Origin: a virus
Lineage: Duplodnaviria > Caudoviricetes
Length of the DNA stretch: 57,325 nucleotides
IMG/VR virus record: IMGVR_UViG_3300023059_000235
Coordinates: 1 to 57,325 of that record
Strand: one strand, 5' to 3'
Part shown: positions 20,758 to 29,520 of the stretch, in pieces
Layout: each line of letters starts with the position of its first letter
How positions within the stretch are numbered: the first letter of the stretch is position 1
Notes under the pieces: model-generated
Told to the model about the DNA's origin: nothing
Databases searched by the model: none
What the model saw: only the letters and a program-made list of their open reading frames with translations
Position numbers and translations under genes: made by a program

Positions 20758-21651
20758 CTACAAATTTGCAATCCAGAACTTTGATGAAGTCCCCATTGAT
20801 CCCCCGATTGCACCTGTATCTATATGATGGGCTGCTGTTAGAACGACATACTTTTTACTATCAATTTCAAATATATCGCCTGCATTCCAGTTCAAATTTA
20901 AAGGTCTAATTACAGTCCCTCTCAAAATCAAAACTTTTTCCATGTTTTTGACTTGACGGGCATCTAAACCTGCTCTTTGAGTAACAGTATGTCCAGGGGT
21001 TATTGAGTCATCACCAACAACCGTTGAACCATTATTTTCTACTGTCACGAATGATGACTTTTGCATCAGTTCCAAAGGTTTACTGGAAATCCAAACAACA
21101 CTACTTGGATCGAGCTTTGTGATAGCCTCCTGTTTGAATAAAGAATCAATTTTTTGTGCTGCTACCTTATTTTTTTGAAAACAAATAACCGCTGCTTCTT
21201 GTTGCAGATAATGAGCCAAACGTTGGGTTGGCATTCTTCCTTTGAGACAAACAAATTTTGGTAGTGGTAAATCACTGCCTAAACTTATGGTTGCACCACA
21301 AGCCCGTATTACAGAATTAAAAGACGTTTCATTACTGATAACAGCTTGCTTTGAATATTCGATAAGTCTTTTACAACCAGCTAAAATACCGATACAGGAG
21401 ATGCCACCTACACGCCGATCTTGTTTGATTGTTTGAGTCTTGAGGGGTGTGACTTTGATTAATTCAAATGGATGAGAAATATCATTTACAGTTAATTGCT
21501 CCCCTTCTTTCAAAAGGGAGTCTAATTCTGCTGTTGATTGGACTGTGAACTCTATTGATGCTGGTATAGGTACGAGATCTGTACGTAAAGTTGCACTGAT
21601 AAGCTCAGATGCTGGAATTATCTTACCCGCAGATACAATGGTGATTTGCAT
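20758..21651 (-). CDS. Baseplate hub protein (P1 gp6/T4 gp27-like)
   Basis: Directly upstream of the spike; beta-rich, with C-terminal AGDIFEI..KYVVLTAAH typical of hub proteins. Confidence 0.6.
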   Translation of the reverse strand: MQITIVSAGKIIPASELISATLRTDLVPIPASIEFTVQSTAELDSLLKEGEQLTVNDISHPFELIKVTPLKTQTIKQDRRVGGISCIGILAGCKRLIEYSKQAVISNETSFNSVIRACGATISLGSDLPLPKFVCLKGRMPTQRLAHYLQQEAAVICFQKNKVAAQKIDSLFKQEAITKLDPSSVVWISSKPLELMQKSSFVTVENNGSTVVGDDSITPGHTVTQRAGLDARQVKNMEKVLILRGTVIRPLNLNWNAGDIFEIDSKKYVVLTAAHHIDTGAIGGSMGTSSKFWIANL

Positions 21652-22094
21652 TAGCGGCTCCCCATGTTAAAACTCATCGGGGCCATTAAAAAGGCAAGTT
21701 TTGGTAAAGCTTCTTTCTTCTCGTTATAGATTTGCTGCGCTTCTGAGACTGAAAGTCCATAACTTTCGACTCCGAGCCCACGAGTTGCTTCAACCAAACG
21801 AGCTTGCAAAAGGTCACAGTGAGCTTTCACTAAGGGCAGAATAATTACATACTCATCACCGTTAAGCTCAATACTTTCGTCCAGTTCAATACTTGAAATT
21901 GCTTTAGTTTGACAATCTAATGTAGCCCATCCAGCATAAAATTTTGCCTCCTCTAAAAAAGCTTTAACTATATCCTCAAGCAAAATTGAATAGCCTGACA
22001 ACTGATATTCTTTGTATAGTTCTTCTGAAAGTTGCTGGATCGTACCAGCAACTACAGCATACCCTTCGGATTTAGGTAATAACTTCATCGCCAT
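21651..22094 (-). CDS. Putative head-tail adaptor/morphogenesis protein (P1 PmgC-like position)
   Basis: Helical 147-aa ORF translationally coupled to the tube gene. Confidence 0.4.
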   Translation of the reverse strand: MAMKLLPKSEGYAVVAGTIQQLSEELYKEYQLSGYSILLEDIVKAFLEEAKFYAGWATLDCQTKAISSIELDESIELNGDEYVIILPLVKAHCDLLQARLVEATRGLGVESYGLSVSEAQQIYNEKKEALPKLAFLMAPMSFNMGSR

Positions 22095-22735
22095 TACCCA
22101 AAAAGAGAACCTAAAGCACGATTTGATGCACTTGTTGTTGAATCACGAACGGCTTGTGCAGTATTAATAACCTGTTGTACTCGATTTACCAGTTCAGCTG
22201 TACCATCTATCTCTTTTTTCCCCGGTTGGACACTTCCATTTGTACCAATGTTTGCAAAGTTACCAAAGTAGTTATAATCAATTGGGCAAGAAACTGTCAT
22301 TACTTGTGAACGACTATCAGAATCATATTCAGCTGATTCAAAACGAATAGCACAGTTTTCAAGTGCATAAGAGCGAGTAAAACTTCCTAATCGGCCATCG
22401 TAATAATCGCCATGGATGATCCCACCACTTGCAACAATGTATTCAGCAAGAATTTGATCATGACCTGCTTCTGTAACGATAATCTGTAGATTACCAGTGT
22501 ATTTAGTTTTTGGTGGACCTGCGACAATTCCTGTAAATCCACCGGGATATTGAACTTCTGCTGGATCTTCATTACTTACAATTGGTCGTGGGCAACTTTT
22601 AAATAAAAATCTAAAGTCTTCCATCCCACGAGGTACAAACATACCTTGGCAAGATAAGAGTGGTGAGCCAAGTTGCTGTAAGGCAATATAATCTTGTTTA
22701 AGCTGGTTAAGTAAAATCGGGTTAGATTGTTGCAT
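22094..22735 (-). CDS. Tail tube protein (P1 Tub-like)
   Basis: Tube-fold pattern FLFKSCPRP..EVQYPGG..GNLQIIVTE..LENC..ESAEYDSDSRSQVMTVSCPIDYNY; likely start ATG 22735. Confidence 0.7.
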   Translation of the reverse strand: MQQSNPILLNQLKQDYIALQQLGSPLLSCQGMFVPRGMEDFRFLFKSCPRPIVSNEDPAEVQYPGGFTGIVAGPPKTKYTGNLQIIVTEAGHDQILAEYIVASGGIIHGDYYDGRLGSFTRSYALENCAIRFESAEYDSDSRSQVMTVSCPIDYNYFGNFANIGTNGSVQPGKKEIDGTAELVNRVQQVINTAQAVRDSTTSASNRALGSLFG

Positions 22736-22768
22736 AATCTTGATGCTCAATAGCTTTTATATGCACCA

Positions 22769-22809
22769 AGATTAAAAGGTTATCTCCCTTTCAAAGTTGA
22801 TTGGTTCCA
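22769..22809 (-). promoter_or_regulatory. Putative late promoter TGGAAC-N29-TAATCT (tube-hub-spike operon)
   Basis: gttcca at 22804-22809, agatta at 22769-22774. Confidence 0.75.
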
Positions 22810-22811
22810 AT

Positions 22812-22841
22812 AAAAAAGCCACCGAAAAGGTAGCTTTTTTT
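22812..22841. terminator. Intrinsic terminator
   Basis: AAAAAAGCCACC-GAAAA-GGTAGCTTTTTT. Confidence 0.75.
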
Positions 22842-22849
22842 ATCTGTTT

Positions 22850-23128
22850 TTAACCAATATTTGGCGGCACTCGCAGTACCTGTACTGAAGGCACTCCACG
22901 CTCAAGGGTATCTCGGACACATATGTAGTCTGGGTTATTTGGCTCATACCCTAGTTCACCGCGAATATTTCCTTTATGGATCGTCATTGGCGTATCAAAA
23001 CGACCACGCATAAAGCGGCCTATAATAATCGTGTCCGTTAAAGATTGATTAGTCTTTGTTTCGGTTTTATCAGTTTTTTTCTGATATTGGATACCTGGTG
23101 CTTCACCTAGGATTTGAGTTGTATTCAT
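22850..23128 (-). CDS. Stand-alone tail sheath N-terminal domain
   Basis: LGEAPGIQY..IIIGRFMRGRFDTPMTI..LGYEP..VQVLRVP is the canonical sheath N-terminal pattern. Confidence 0.7.
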   Translation of the reverse strand: MNTTQILGEAPGIQYQKKTDKTETKTNQSLTDTIIIGRFMRGRFDTPMTIHKGNIRGELGYEPNNPDYICVRDTLERGVPSVQVLRVPPNIG

Positions 23129-23187
23129 GCTTATTTCCTTAATTAATTGGTATAGGTAAAGCCAAAAAAGACTTTACCTATAAGCTA

Positions 23188-23955
23188 TTAGTAAATACCT
23201 AAGCGTTTACCTTTATTAAATGAACGTAAGCGCTTGCGAATTGCGTTCGCGCTGAAAGCATGAAGGCGAGCTTTTTTCATACCTGCTTTTTGAGCTGACG
23301 TTAAACGTACCTTTTGACCTGGTAATCGTTTATTCACAACCGTTTTAATTCCTTGTCGAATCGCAAGTACTCCACGGTAATGAACTTTTCGACCATTAAC
23401 TTTACGTTGGCTAAACGCCCCATTACGAGCTTTAATTTTCTTAGCCATTGAGTCGAAACCTTCTTCAGTTTCATTGGCATCACCGAAAATAAACTCACGT
23501 ACCAACTCTTCAAGTTCTGGACCTTCGTCTGGTGTATTTGCAAGTACAGTATTTGCAGCTGCTTCTAATGCAGCATCTGCAACTTCCGTATCCTCACTGA
23601 AAATTTCTTCAATATCAGTTGTATCAACACCAAATGTAAGGAAAGCATCAGATAATGACGCCATTAAAGCGTTTTCATATGTGCCTTCATCATTATCTGC
23701 AGCATCTAACGCATCAACAATTAAGGCATCCAAATAATCAACGGCGAGCTCACCTTCTCCTAAATTACCTTCGCTGATCGTATCTACTGTATCCGAAAGA
23801 ATATCTAGACCAATTTGTCGAATTTGTTCAATGACTGACTGTTGCTCTCGGTCAATACTTGATACTTTACTTACGACGGCAGAAATATTCTCAGCTGCTG
23901 AATCGAATGCGCGTAACATTAATGGTTTTTTAGTGGTTGGGCCAAATGGATTCAT
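23188..23955 (-). CDS. Putative prohead core/internal protein (acidic N-part, basic C-part; T4 gp68/P1 PmgS-like)
   Basis: Very acidic to about aa 168, then K/R-rich (RLTSAQKAGMKKAR..RKRLRSFNKGKRLG); FDS motifs at the start and at the boundary. Confidence 0.5.
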   Translation of the reverse strand: MNPFGPTTKKPLMLRAFDSAAENISAVVSKVSSIDREQQSVIEQIRQIGLDILSDTVDTISEGNLGEGELAVDYLDALIVDALDAADNDEGTYENALMASLSDAFLTFGVDTTDIEEIFSEDTEVADAALEAAANTVLANTPDEGPELEELVREFIFGDANETEEGFDSMAKKIKARNGAFSQRKVNGRKVHYRGVLAIRQGIKTVVNKRLPGQKVRLTSAQKAGMKKARLHAFSANAIRKRLRSFNKGKRLGIY

Positions 23956-23973
23956 CTTGAAAGATCCTTAAAA

Positions 23974-25266
23974 TTATTTAACTAAAACGTCTTCATCAAA
24001 AATTGCGGCACGAGTCGTACCAACAACACCATGGGCTAAATAGAGGCGTACACGCTCATAAGGAAAATCATTGTCAGGTACTAAACTGAACTCAAATGGT
24101 CTACCCCCCAATTCGTCAGCTGCTTTTAACCAACCAGTTGTTTCGCTTGATGCCCCTTCTAAAAATTCTTGGATATCGTCACCAGCTTTTTTGATGTAAT
24201 CCGGTGTTGCTTGGAACATATAAGTTCTAAGAATTTCGATACATTTATTCGTAACCCGTGCTGAGATTTCCGCTGCAGGAACTAAACGTAAAGCACTATT
24301 TTTACTTTGGTATTGGGTTAACACATCACTTAATACAAATAATGTAGTTTCGAACTTAACTGGGCGAACGACATTTACTTTAGCCTTAGCCAACATTTCC
24401 TGAATTTGCTCATCTTCAAGATCATTACCTGGAATCTGGCTTAAGTTTTTTGCTGTAAATGGATAATCTTTCCATGCCACTGCATTTTTTAACGGCGCAA
24501 AACCTTGCTTATTCAATTTCGCATTACGTAATAATTTATCGCCGATGTAATGGCCCAAATAGTAAGCTGGTACCTTACGTCCTCTAAGCGTGACGGCATC
24601 AGAAGGACGGCAAAGGTTTGGACTCCAAATGAATTGAACAAACTGTGATTGAGCATCTACGCTTGTTGCAAATTGGGCTGCTTGTTCAGCTGTAAAGGTT
24701 GGGTTAATTTCAGCATCCAAAGGAATACGTAATTTTGTAGCTGCACGTTGTGCCGCAACATAAATTGGTAAATCATGTGGATTAGGCAAGGTCAGATATG
24801 CTGGTGTAGTTAACTGACTTGTTAAAATCTTAAAGAGTTTATCCGCATTAAATGAAGGTAATTCTTCATCCTCTAATGCCAATGTTTTTGAGGCACGTCC
24901 TAAACTATTAGATTCGTTATATGCAGTTGATTTGAGAATTGCTTGTAGCGCATCAATGCCCAGTGTTAGATCAAATTTCTCGAAATATTCTTTCGCATCT
25001 GCTACTGCCACAATTGAAGCTGAATTTTCAATGTCACCATCTACTAATCCTTGTACAGTAACAATTTGATCACCAGTTACCGCATCACGTATTTCCAAGC
25101 GCATAGAAATATCTGCAGGTCCGCGTGGACTAGTTACTTTAGCAAAAAAGGCCACATTGATTTCTGCATTTGCAAGATAACTGTGAGTATCAAATTCCAA
25201 TTTCAGTGATGGGCTGGCCCCTGCTACAAGGGATAGCTCACCTGTACTTGTTAGAGCAATATTCAT
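23974..25266 (-). CDS. Tail sheath protein (P1 gp22-like), lacking the N-terminal domain
   Basis: C-terminal sheath features: EMLAKAKVNVV..LSDVLTQYQSKNSALRL..FQATPD..PFEF..ERVRLYL..GTTRAA. Confidence 0.75.
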   Translation of the reverse strand: MNIALTSTGELSLVAGASPSLKLEFDTHSYLANAEINVAFFAKVTSPRGPADISMRLEIRDAVTGDQIVTVQGLVDGDIENSASIVAVADAKEYFEKFDLTLGIDALQAILKSTAYNESNSLGRASKTLALEDEELPSFNADKLFKILTSQLTTPAYLTLPNPHDLPIYVAAQRAATKLRIPLDAEINPTFTAEQAAQFATSVDAQSQFVQFIWSPNLCRPSDAVTLRGRKVPAYYLGHYIGDKLLRNAKLNKQGFAPLKNAVAWKDYPFTAKNLSQIPGNDLEDEQIQEMLAKAKVNVVRPVKFETTLFVLSDVLTQYQSKNSALRLVPAAEISARVTNKCIEILRTYMFQATPDYIKKAGDDIQEFLEGASSETTGWLKAADELGGRPFEFSLVPDNDFPYERVRLYLAHGVVGTTRAAIFDEDVLVK

Positions 25267-25299
25267 TACATTACACGCCCAAGGCTATTTGTTTTACGT

Positions 25300-25340
25300 A
25301 TTTTGAGCTGCGGGCGTTATTGATTTTCTGGCTAGTTCCA
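25300..25340 (-). promoter_or_regulatory. Putative late promoter TGGAAC-N29-CAAAAT (sheath operon)
   Basis: gttcca at 25335-25340, attttg at 25300-25305. Confidence 0.75.
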
Positions 25341-25345
25341 ATGTA

Positions 25346-25370
25346 AAAAAACCACTCGAAAGTGGTTTTT
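25346..25370. terminator. Intrinsic terminator
   Basis: AAAAAACCACT-CGAA-AGTGGTTTTT. Confidence 0.85.
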
Positions 25371-25385
25371 AAAATAATCAAATTC

Positions 25386-25685
25386 TTATACCGTACCATC
25401 TTGTTCAGAGGGTTCTTGCGGTTCAGACGGTACAATCTGAATTACATCCCCTTTCAAACCGTTAATTTGGTCTAGATTATCTAACAATTGTTTATGAGCT
25501 TCATCACCGATCAAAGTGAATGTGATCTTTTGACCGGCTTGTACCAAAACTTGTGTAAATGGTTCTGTAATGTCGCTCAAGCCATTATTTTGCAGTGTAA
25601 TAGTTCGTTCTGTTGGTAAATCACCTACAGCATCCATAATGGGATTTGTTCCATCAATAATTAAATTCGTCATTTCATTACTCAA
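25386..25685 (-). CDS. Hypothetical virion protein; paralogue of the C-terminal domain of 25678..26301
   Basis: Shared NNGxSxxxEPxxxVxxxAGQ..QxLxNLxQxxGL motif; in the capsid operon. Confidence 0.65.
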   Translation of the reverse strand: MSNEMTNLIIDGTNPIMDAVGDLPTERTITLQNNGLSDITEPFTQVLVQAGQKITFTLIGDEAHKQLLDNLDQINGLKGDVIQIVPSEPQEPSEQDGTV

Positions 25686-26301
25686 CAGTTAGATTTTTAC
25701 CAAGCCCCTTCAACTGACGTAAGTTTTCCAGCACTTGATGTTTAAATGTTTGGTTATGACACGTAATACTTGTAGTTTGACCCGCCTCAATAGCAACACG
25801 TGATAACGGTTCTAAAACAGTTGAAAATCCGTTATTAGTAACATTAATAACCAGAGTATCCACGCTACTAATGCTAGAACCAGTTAGATTTTCCCCACTT
25901 TGTTGTTCGTCTTTGGGAATATCAGTTTGTTGAGGGTTATTTGCTACAAATCCTAACTCATCAACATTCCAACTAATTTTAGAATCAAGATCAGTTGAAG
26001 GTTTTACAGCATCATTCGATGATTCAGTTGAGTTTCCATCATCTTTATTTTTGGACGCTTCATTATCTGAATCACTATTTTTCAAATCAGTAGGTTTCGA
26101 ATCTTCATCTTGAGATGCGCCGTTTTCAGGACCTTGGCTATTTAACAAATCACCTTGATCTGAAGTTTTTTCATCACCAGTTTGGGTATTTTGTGTTTCA
26201 GTAGTTTTATTGGTTTTACTACGGGTTGATTTTTGTTTGTTAGTAGTTTGAACGTCAGTTGAAGCTAAAGTTTCATCAGTGTTTTGAGTTGTTGTAGCCA
26301 T
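25678..26301 (-). CDS. Hypothetical virion protein (disordered N-terminus plus small conserved domain)
   Basis: ORF directly after the capsid gene with AAGGA SD. Confidence 0.65.
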   Translation of the reverse strand: MATTTQNTDETLASTDVQTTNKQKSTRSKTNKTTETQNTQTGDEKTSDQGDLLNSQGPENGASQDEDSKPTDLKNSDSDNEASKNKDDGNSTESSNDAVKPSTDLDSKISWNVDELGFVANNPQQTDIPKDEQQSGENLTGSSISSVDTLVINVTNNGFSTVLEPLSRVAIEAGQTTSITCHNQTFKHQVLENLRQLKGLGKNLTVE

Positions 26302-26326
26302 GTGATTATCCTTTCAAGAAATAAGG

Positions 26327-26351
26327 GAAAAGGCGCATCGAAATGCGCCTT
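26327..26351 (-). terminator. Intrinsic terminator after the major capsid gene
   Basis: Minus strand AAGGCGCAT-TTCG-ATGCGCCTTTT. Confidence 0.8.
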
Positions 26352-26363
26352 ACTTTGTATTAC

Positions 26364-28142
26364 TTAAGATTTTTTGAGGGAAGGCATATTGATACAGTGG
26401 ATGACATAGCTTTGGTCTGCGTATCGATCCAATGGGTTCATTTCAGCTGCTTGAGAACCAATTAAAGTAAGTACTGATTCACGTGCATCTGGTCGTGTTT
26501 CGATAACTGAGAGAGGAGATTGAATAAACCCAACAAACGGCGCTCGAATTGGCTCATTACCACGGCCCACTAAAAGCATATCAAATGCAGTATCTGCTTC
26601 AACTACAAGCTCTTGTGCTGACGGTGCATGATAAACGTTGGTACCATCTGCAAGTGTGCCGATGCGGACAATCTGACCATATCCAGCAGAATAGCCAGTT
26701 TTTGTTGGCATCTTATCGCTAGATAGTTGGTTAAAGAATACTGCGCCACTATCACCAACATATAGATCATAAGCGACGGTAGAGCCACCAGTGCGCTGAT
26801 TAATATCCATTTTTGCAGCAGAAATAAACTTCATTACTTCGCCAAACAGATCGCCAGTGGTATTAAACGCAGCAGCTAATTTACCTGTGACACCACGAGA
26901 AGCATCAAAAGTAACTTCATGGCCTGAGTATTCAGCTAAATCTTTTGCTTCGCCTAATAGACGGACAGTTTGTTCCAAGAAAACTTTACCTTGAATAATT
27001 GCCAGAGCTTGGCCTAAGAAACCAAGTTTTAATTCATTATTCAATTGGGTTTGTAATAAAGTTGCCGCTGTAACCTGCGCCATGATTGGTGATGCCACCA
27101 AGTTTTCATATTCAGGTTCAAAATCAACACCTACTGGTGTCATCAAGTAATTACCGTTGCCATCACGAGCATCAAAGTCAGCAACTAAATAGACTTCTAC
27201 TTTTGCACCAGCTGGTAATGCTTGGTTTAACGTAACGCTAATTTTGCTAGCAGAAATGTCAATTTCACTACCAGAAACACGATATTCAACGCCGTTAATG
27301 ACTACGTCTTTTTCAGCGATAGCTGAAATTTTACCTGTAACTTTTGATTTAGTACGGTTTCGAGTATGTGCTACTTCTTTACCGTTGATTTTGATTGATA
27401 CATTACCAGAGATAAATGGCAACAACTTCGCATTTGCATCTGGTGTTTTAGCTTTAAAATCTTGATAGCCGGTCCGAGCAATTACTGAGTAAGTCGCCCC
27501 TGCACCACCATTAGACAATGCAAAGCGGAATCGGCCCTCTACATAAGGCTTAGATGCATTCGCACCATCTAAGTATTCAGATTTCTTCATTGCACCAAAA
27601 TCTCGATTGGTGACAAATCGGATAGATACAAGAGGAACTTCATTTGAACCGTTAGAATTAGGAATCATTGCAACAATAGGAGTTGCATAAGCAATTACGT
27701 TTGCAATAGTTGCCACTGTAATTGCTGGAACAATACTGACAGATTCATGATGCTGGTGATTTACATCATCAAAACCAGATTCATTAATACTGTCATAATG
27801 GCTAATGGTATCAGGAGACAAAGAAGAAGCTTGTTTTGCACCATTTAAGCCTGAAGTTAAAGCCGCTGCAATAACTGAAGGATGAGGTAATTCACCACCA
27901 TGACGAGCTTGATATTGCGCAACACCAAACATTACAGCTTTATCAATTTCAGGGGCATATTCTGCACCAATTGAATCAAAAATTGCTTTTAAAACTTCAG
28001 GATATTCTTCTACTGCTGTTTGTGCACTATCAAAACCATTCTCAAACTCTTCATTACTTTTGAAATAGTAATTTTGGCACTGAGCTGTAGTAGTTTGTTG
28101 AGAGTCAAATTTTTTACGAATTTCGTCTGATAAAACAGTCAT
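26364..28142 (-). CDS. Major capsid protein (P1 gp23-like)
   Basis: 592 aa; own promoter and terminator; ITVATIANVIAYATP, VLTLIGSQAAEMNPLDRYAD and overall layout resemble P1 gp23. Confidence 0.75.
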   Translation of the reverse strand: MTVLSDEIRKKFDSQQTTTAQCQNYYFKSNEEFENGFDSAQTAVEEYPEVLKAIFDSIGAEYAPEIDKAVMFGVAQYQARHGGELPHPSVIAAALTSGLNGAKQASSLSPDTISHYDSINESGFDDVNHQHHESVSIVPAITVATIANVIAYATPIVAMIPNSNGSNEVPLVSIRFVTNRDFGAMKKSEYLDGANASKPYVEGRFRFALSNGGAGATYSVIARTGYQDFKAKTPDANAKLLPFISGNVSIKINGKEVAHTRNRTKSKVTGKISAIAEKDVVINGVEYRVSGSEIDISASKISVTLNQALPAGAKVEVYLVADFDARDGNGNYLMTPVGVDFEPEYENLVASPIMAQVTAATLLQTQLNNELKLGFLGQALAIIQGKVFLEQTVRLLGEAKDLAEYSGHEVTFDASRGVTGKLAAAFNTTGDLFGEVMKFISAAKMDINQRTGGSTVAYDLYVGDSGAVFFNQLSSDKMPTKTGYSAGYGQIVRIGTLADGTNVYHAPSAQELVVEADTAFDMLLVGRGNEPIRAPFVGFIQSPLSVIETRPDARESVLTLIGSQAAEMNPLDRYADQSYVIHCINMPSLKKS

Positions 28143-28180
28143 TTTAAACCAGCCTTTGGCTTTCTATTTAAGATGCTGAA

Positions 28181-28221
28181 AGGATGGCATGCATTAATTT
28201 AGGCTAATCTGCTAGGTTCCA
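28181..28221 (-). promoter_or_regulatory. Putative late promoter TGGAAC-N29-CATCCT (capsid operon)
   Basis: gttcca at 28216-28221, aggatg at 28181-28186. Confidence 0.7.
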
Positions 28222-28365
28222 TTCTAATTTTTATACTTGAAAAATGATGTCATAACCCACATAAAGTTTTGGGGTTTATTTGTGATTCAAAAAACTGAAA
28301 GATCAAACTTTGATAAAAAAATAAATACCTTAACCACGTTAAAAATTTACTAGGAAAAAGACTTA

Positions 28366-28632
28366 ATGAATATTGATATTTATCGCTCCACAACAAATTC
28401 AGAAAAATTTATTGCCATTCAAAGTGGTGATGATTTAACGCCCTACTTATCGGTAGTTGCTCAAGTCGATTCAGATTTTTTATCTCTAAATGCACATGAA
28501 ATCAATCATGACACTTTAGATAAAATGCTATTTCGAACTTTCCATCCTGAAGAAATCGTACAGTCTATTCAAGAAAATGGATATGCATTTTATTCGCTTC
28601 GATTTAAACTTTTAAGCAATCAAGTATCTTAA
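28366..28632 (+). CDS. Small moron protein, YcgL-like
   Basis: IDIYRS..EKFIAI..DDL and PEEIVQSIQENGY resemble YcgL-domain termini; AGGA SD. Confidence 0.45.
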   Translation: MNIDIYRSTTNSEKFIAIQSGDDLTPYLSVVAQVDSDFLSLNAHEINHDTLDKMLFRTFHPEEIVQSIQENGYAFYSLRFKLLSNQVS

Positions 28633-28637
28633 ATATT

Positions 28638-28669
28638 AATGCCCTAAAATCTAGATTTTAGGGCATTTT
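28638..28669. terminator. Bidirectional terminator
   Basis: Near-perfect palindrome AATGCCCTAAAATCTAGATTTTAGGGCATTTT between convergent genes. Confidence 0.8.
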
Positions 28670-28672
28670 AGT

Positions 28673-28975
28673 TTATCCGCTTACACCACTCGAAACATAA
28701 ATTTCTACACTAGCACCTGCCTTCACTTTATAACGAAGCTTATCCCAGCAATGTTGTCGAAAAGGTTCGGTATCTGATCTAGCAGCTGTTAAAGAAAGAA
28801 TAGGCACCCAGTGAGATTCATTTTGTGGATCTGCATAAGGAATATTGCTTCCGAAAAACTCTACTTCTGCCCCGTTCCCGATTACCTGGTAGTTGAAAAT
28901 TGCAGAAGTACATTGTTCAGCTATTTCAATATCCCCTGTCTTTTTCCCTTTTTCATTAAAAACTAAATAACTCAT
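28673..28975 (-). CDS. Hypothetical virion protein
   Basis: 100-aa beta-rich ORF coupled (TAATG) to the upstream gene. Confidence 0.6.
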   Translation of the reverse strand: MSYLVFNEKGKKTGDIEIAEQCTSAIFNYQVIGNGAEVEFFGSNIPYADPQNESHWVPILSLTAARSDTEPFRQHCWDKLRYKVKAGASVEIYVSSGVSG

Positions 28976-29520
28976 TAACTCTCTCCATCACCCATATGTG
29001 AAATAAACAAATCATCTCTACGGTTTAAAATGTACTTACTGCCAAAATCCGCCATAAGGCTAAAACCAGTAATATTCACAATCTCAAACCACAACATAAG
29101 ATTTTCATAAATCATTAAACCTAATAGATCCCCCTCTTTAAGAATCAGGTCAGGAATTTTGATTATTCTTTCCAAGATATCGTCCAACTCTTCATTAAAA
29201 GGTTCCACCTGAGCAGTAAGGACTAAATCTGACGGGTTATTCATAGAGAAGTTCTTTTGAATATAACCACCGTTAAACTTATCCAAATGAACATAGGCAG
29301 GACCTTTATATTCATACTTGTAGTTAGGCTCGTCTTGAATCGATAGAGTGTTTGCTTCAAAAGAAAGTGGATCTACAGGTTTTGAATCTTCAGCTGGATT
29401 ATTGAAAATCACTTCTTTACGCCAAACTTGTGCTGGAATACTTGCTAATGCATTCATAACAACACGTCTCGCTGCTAAACGGCGTCCATTGGCAACTTGA
29501 TTTACTGATCTATTTAGCAT
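28975..29520 (-). CDS. Neck/tail completion protein (P1 gp7-like)
   Basis: YEYKGPAYV..LKEGDLL..WFEIVNITGFS..KYILNRR; synteny with gp25- and gp26-like genes. Confidence 0.5.
   Translation of the reverse strand: MLNRSVNQVANGRRLAARRVVMNALASIPAQVWRKEVIFNNPAEDSKPVDPLSFEANTLSIQDEPNYKYEYKGPAYVHLDKFNGGYIQKNFSMNNPSDLVLTAQVEPFNEELDDILERIIKIPDLILKEGDLLGLMIYENLMLWFEIVNITGFSLMADFGSKYILNRRDDLFISHMGDGES

Noticed and set aside
9905-21436. Numerous short plus-strand ORFs inside the spike and hub genes (and similar ones inside other long genes)
   Set aside because: Antisense shadows of long coding genes with no RBS or recognisable motifs.
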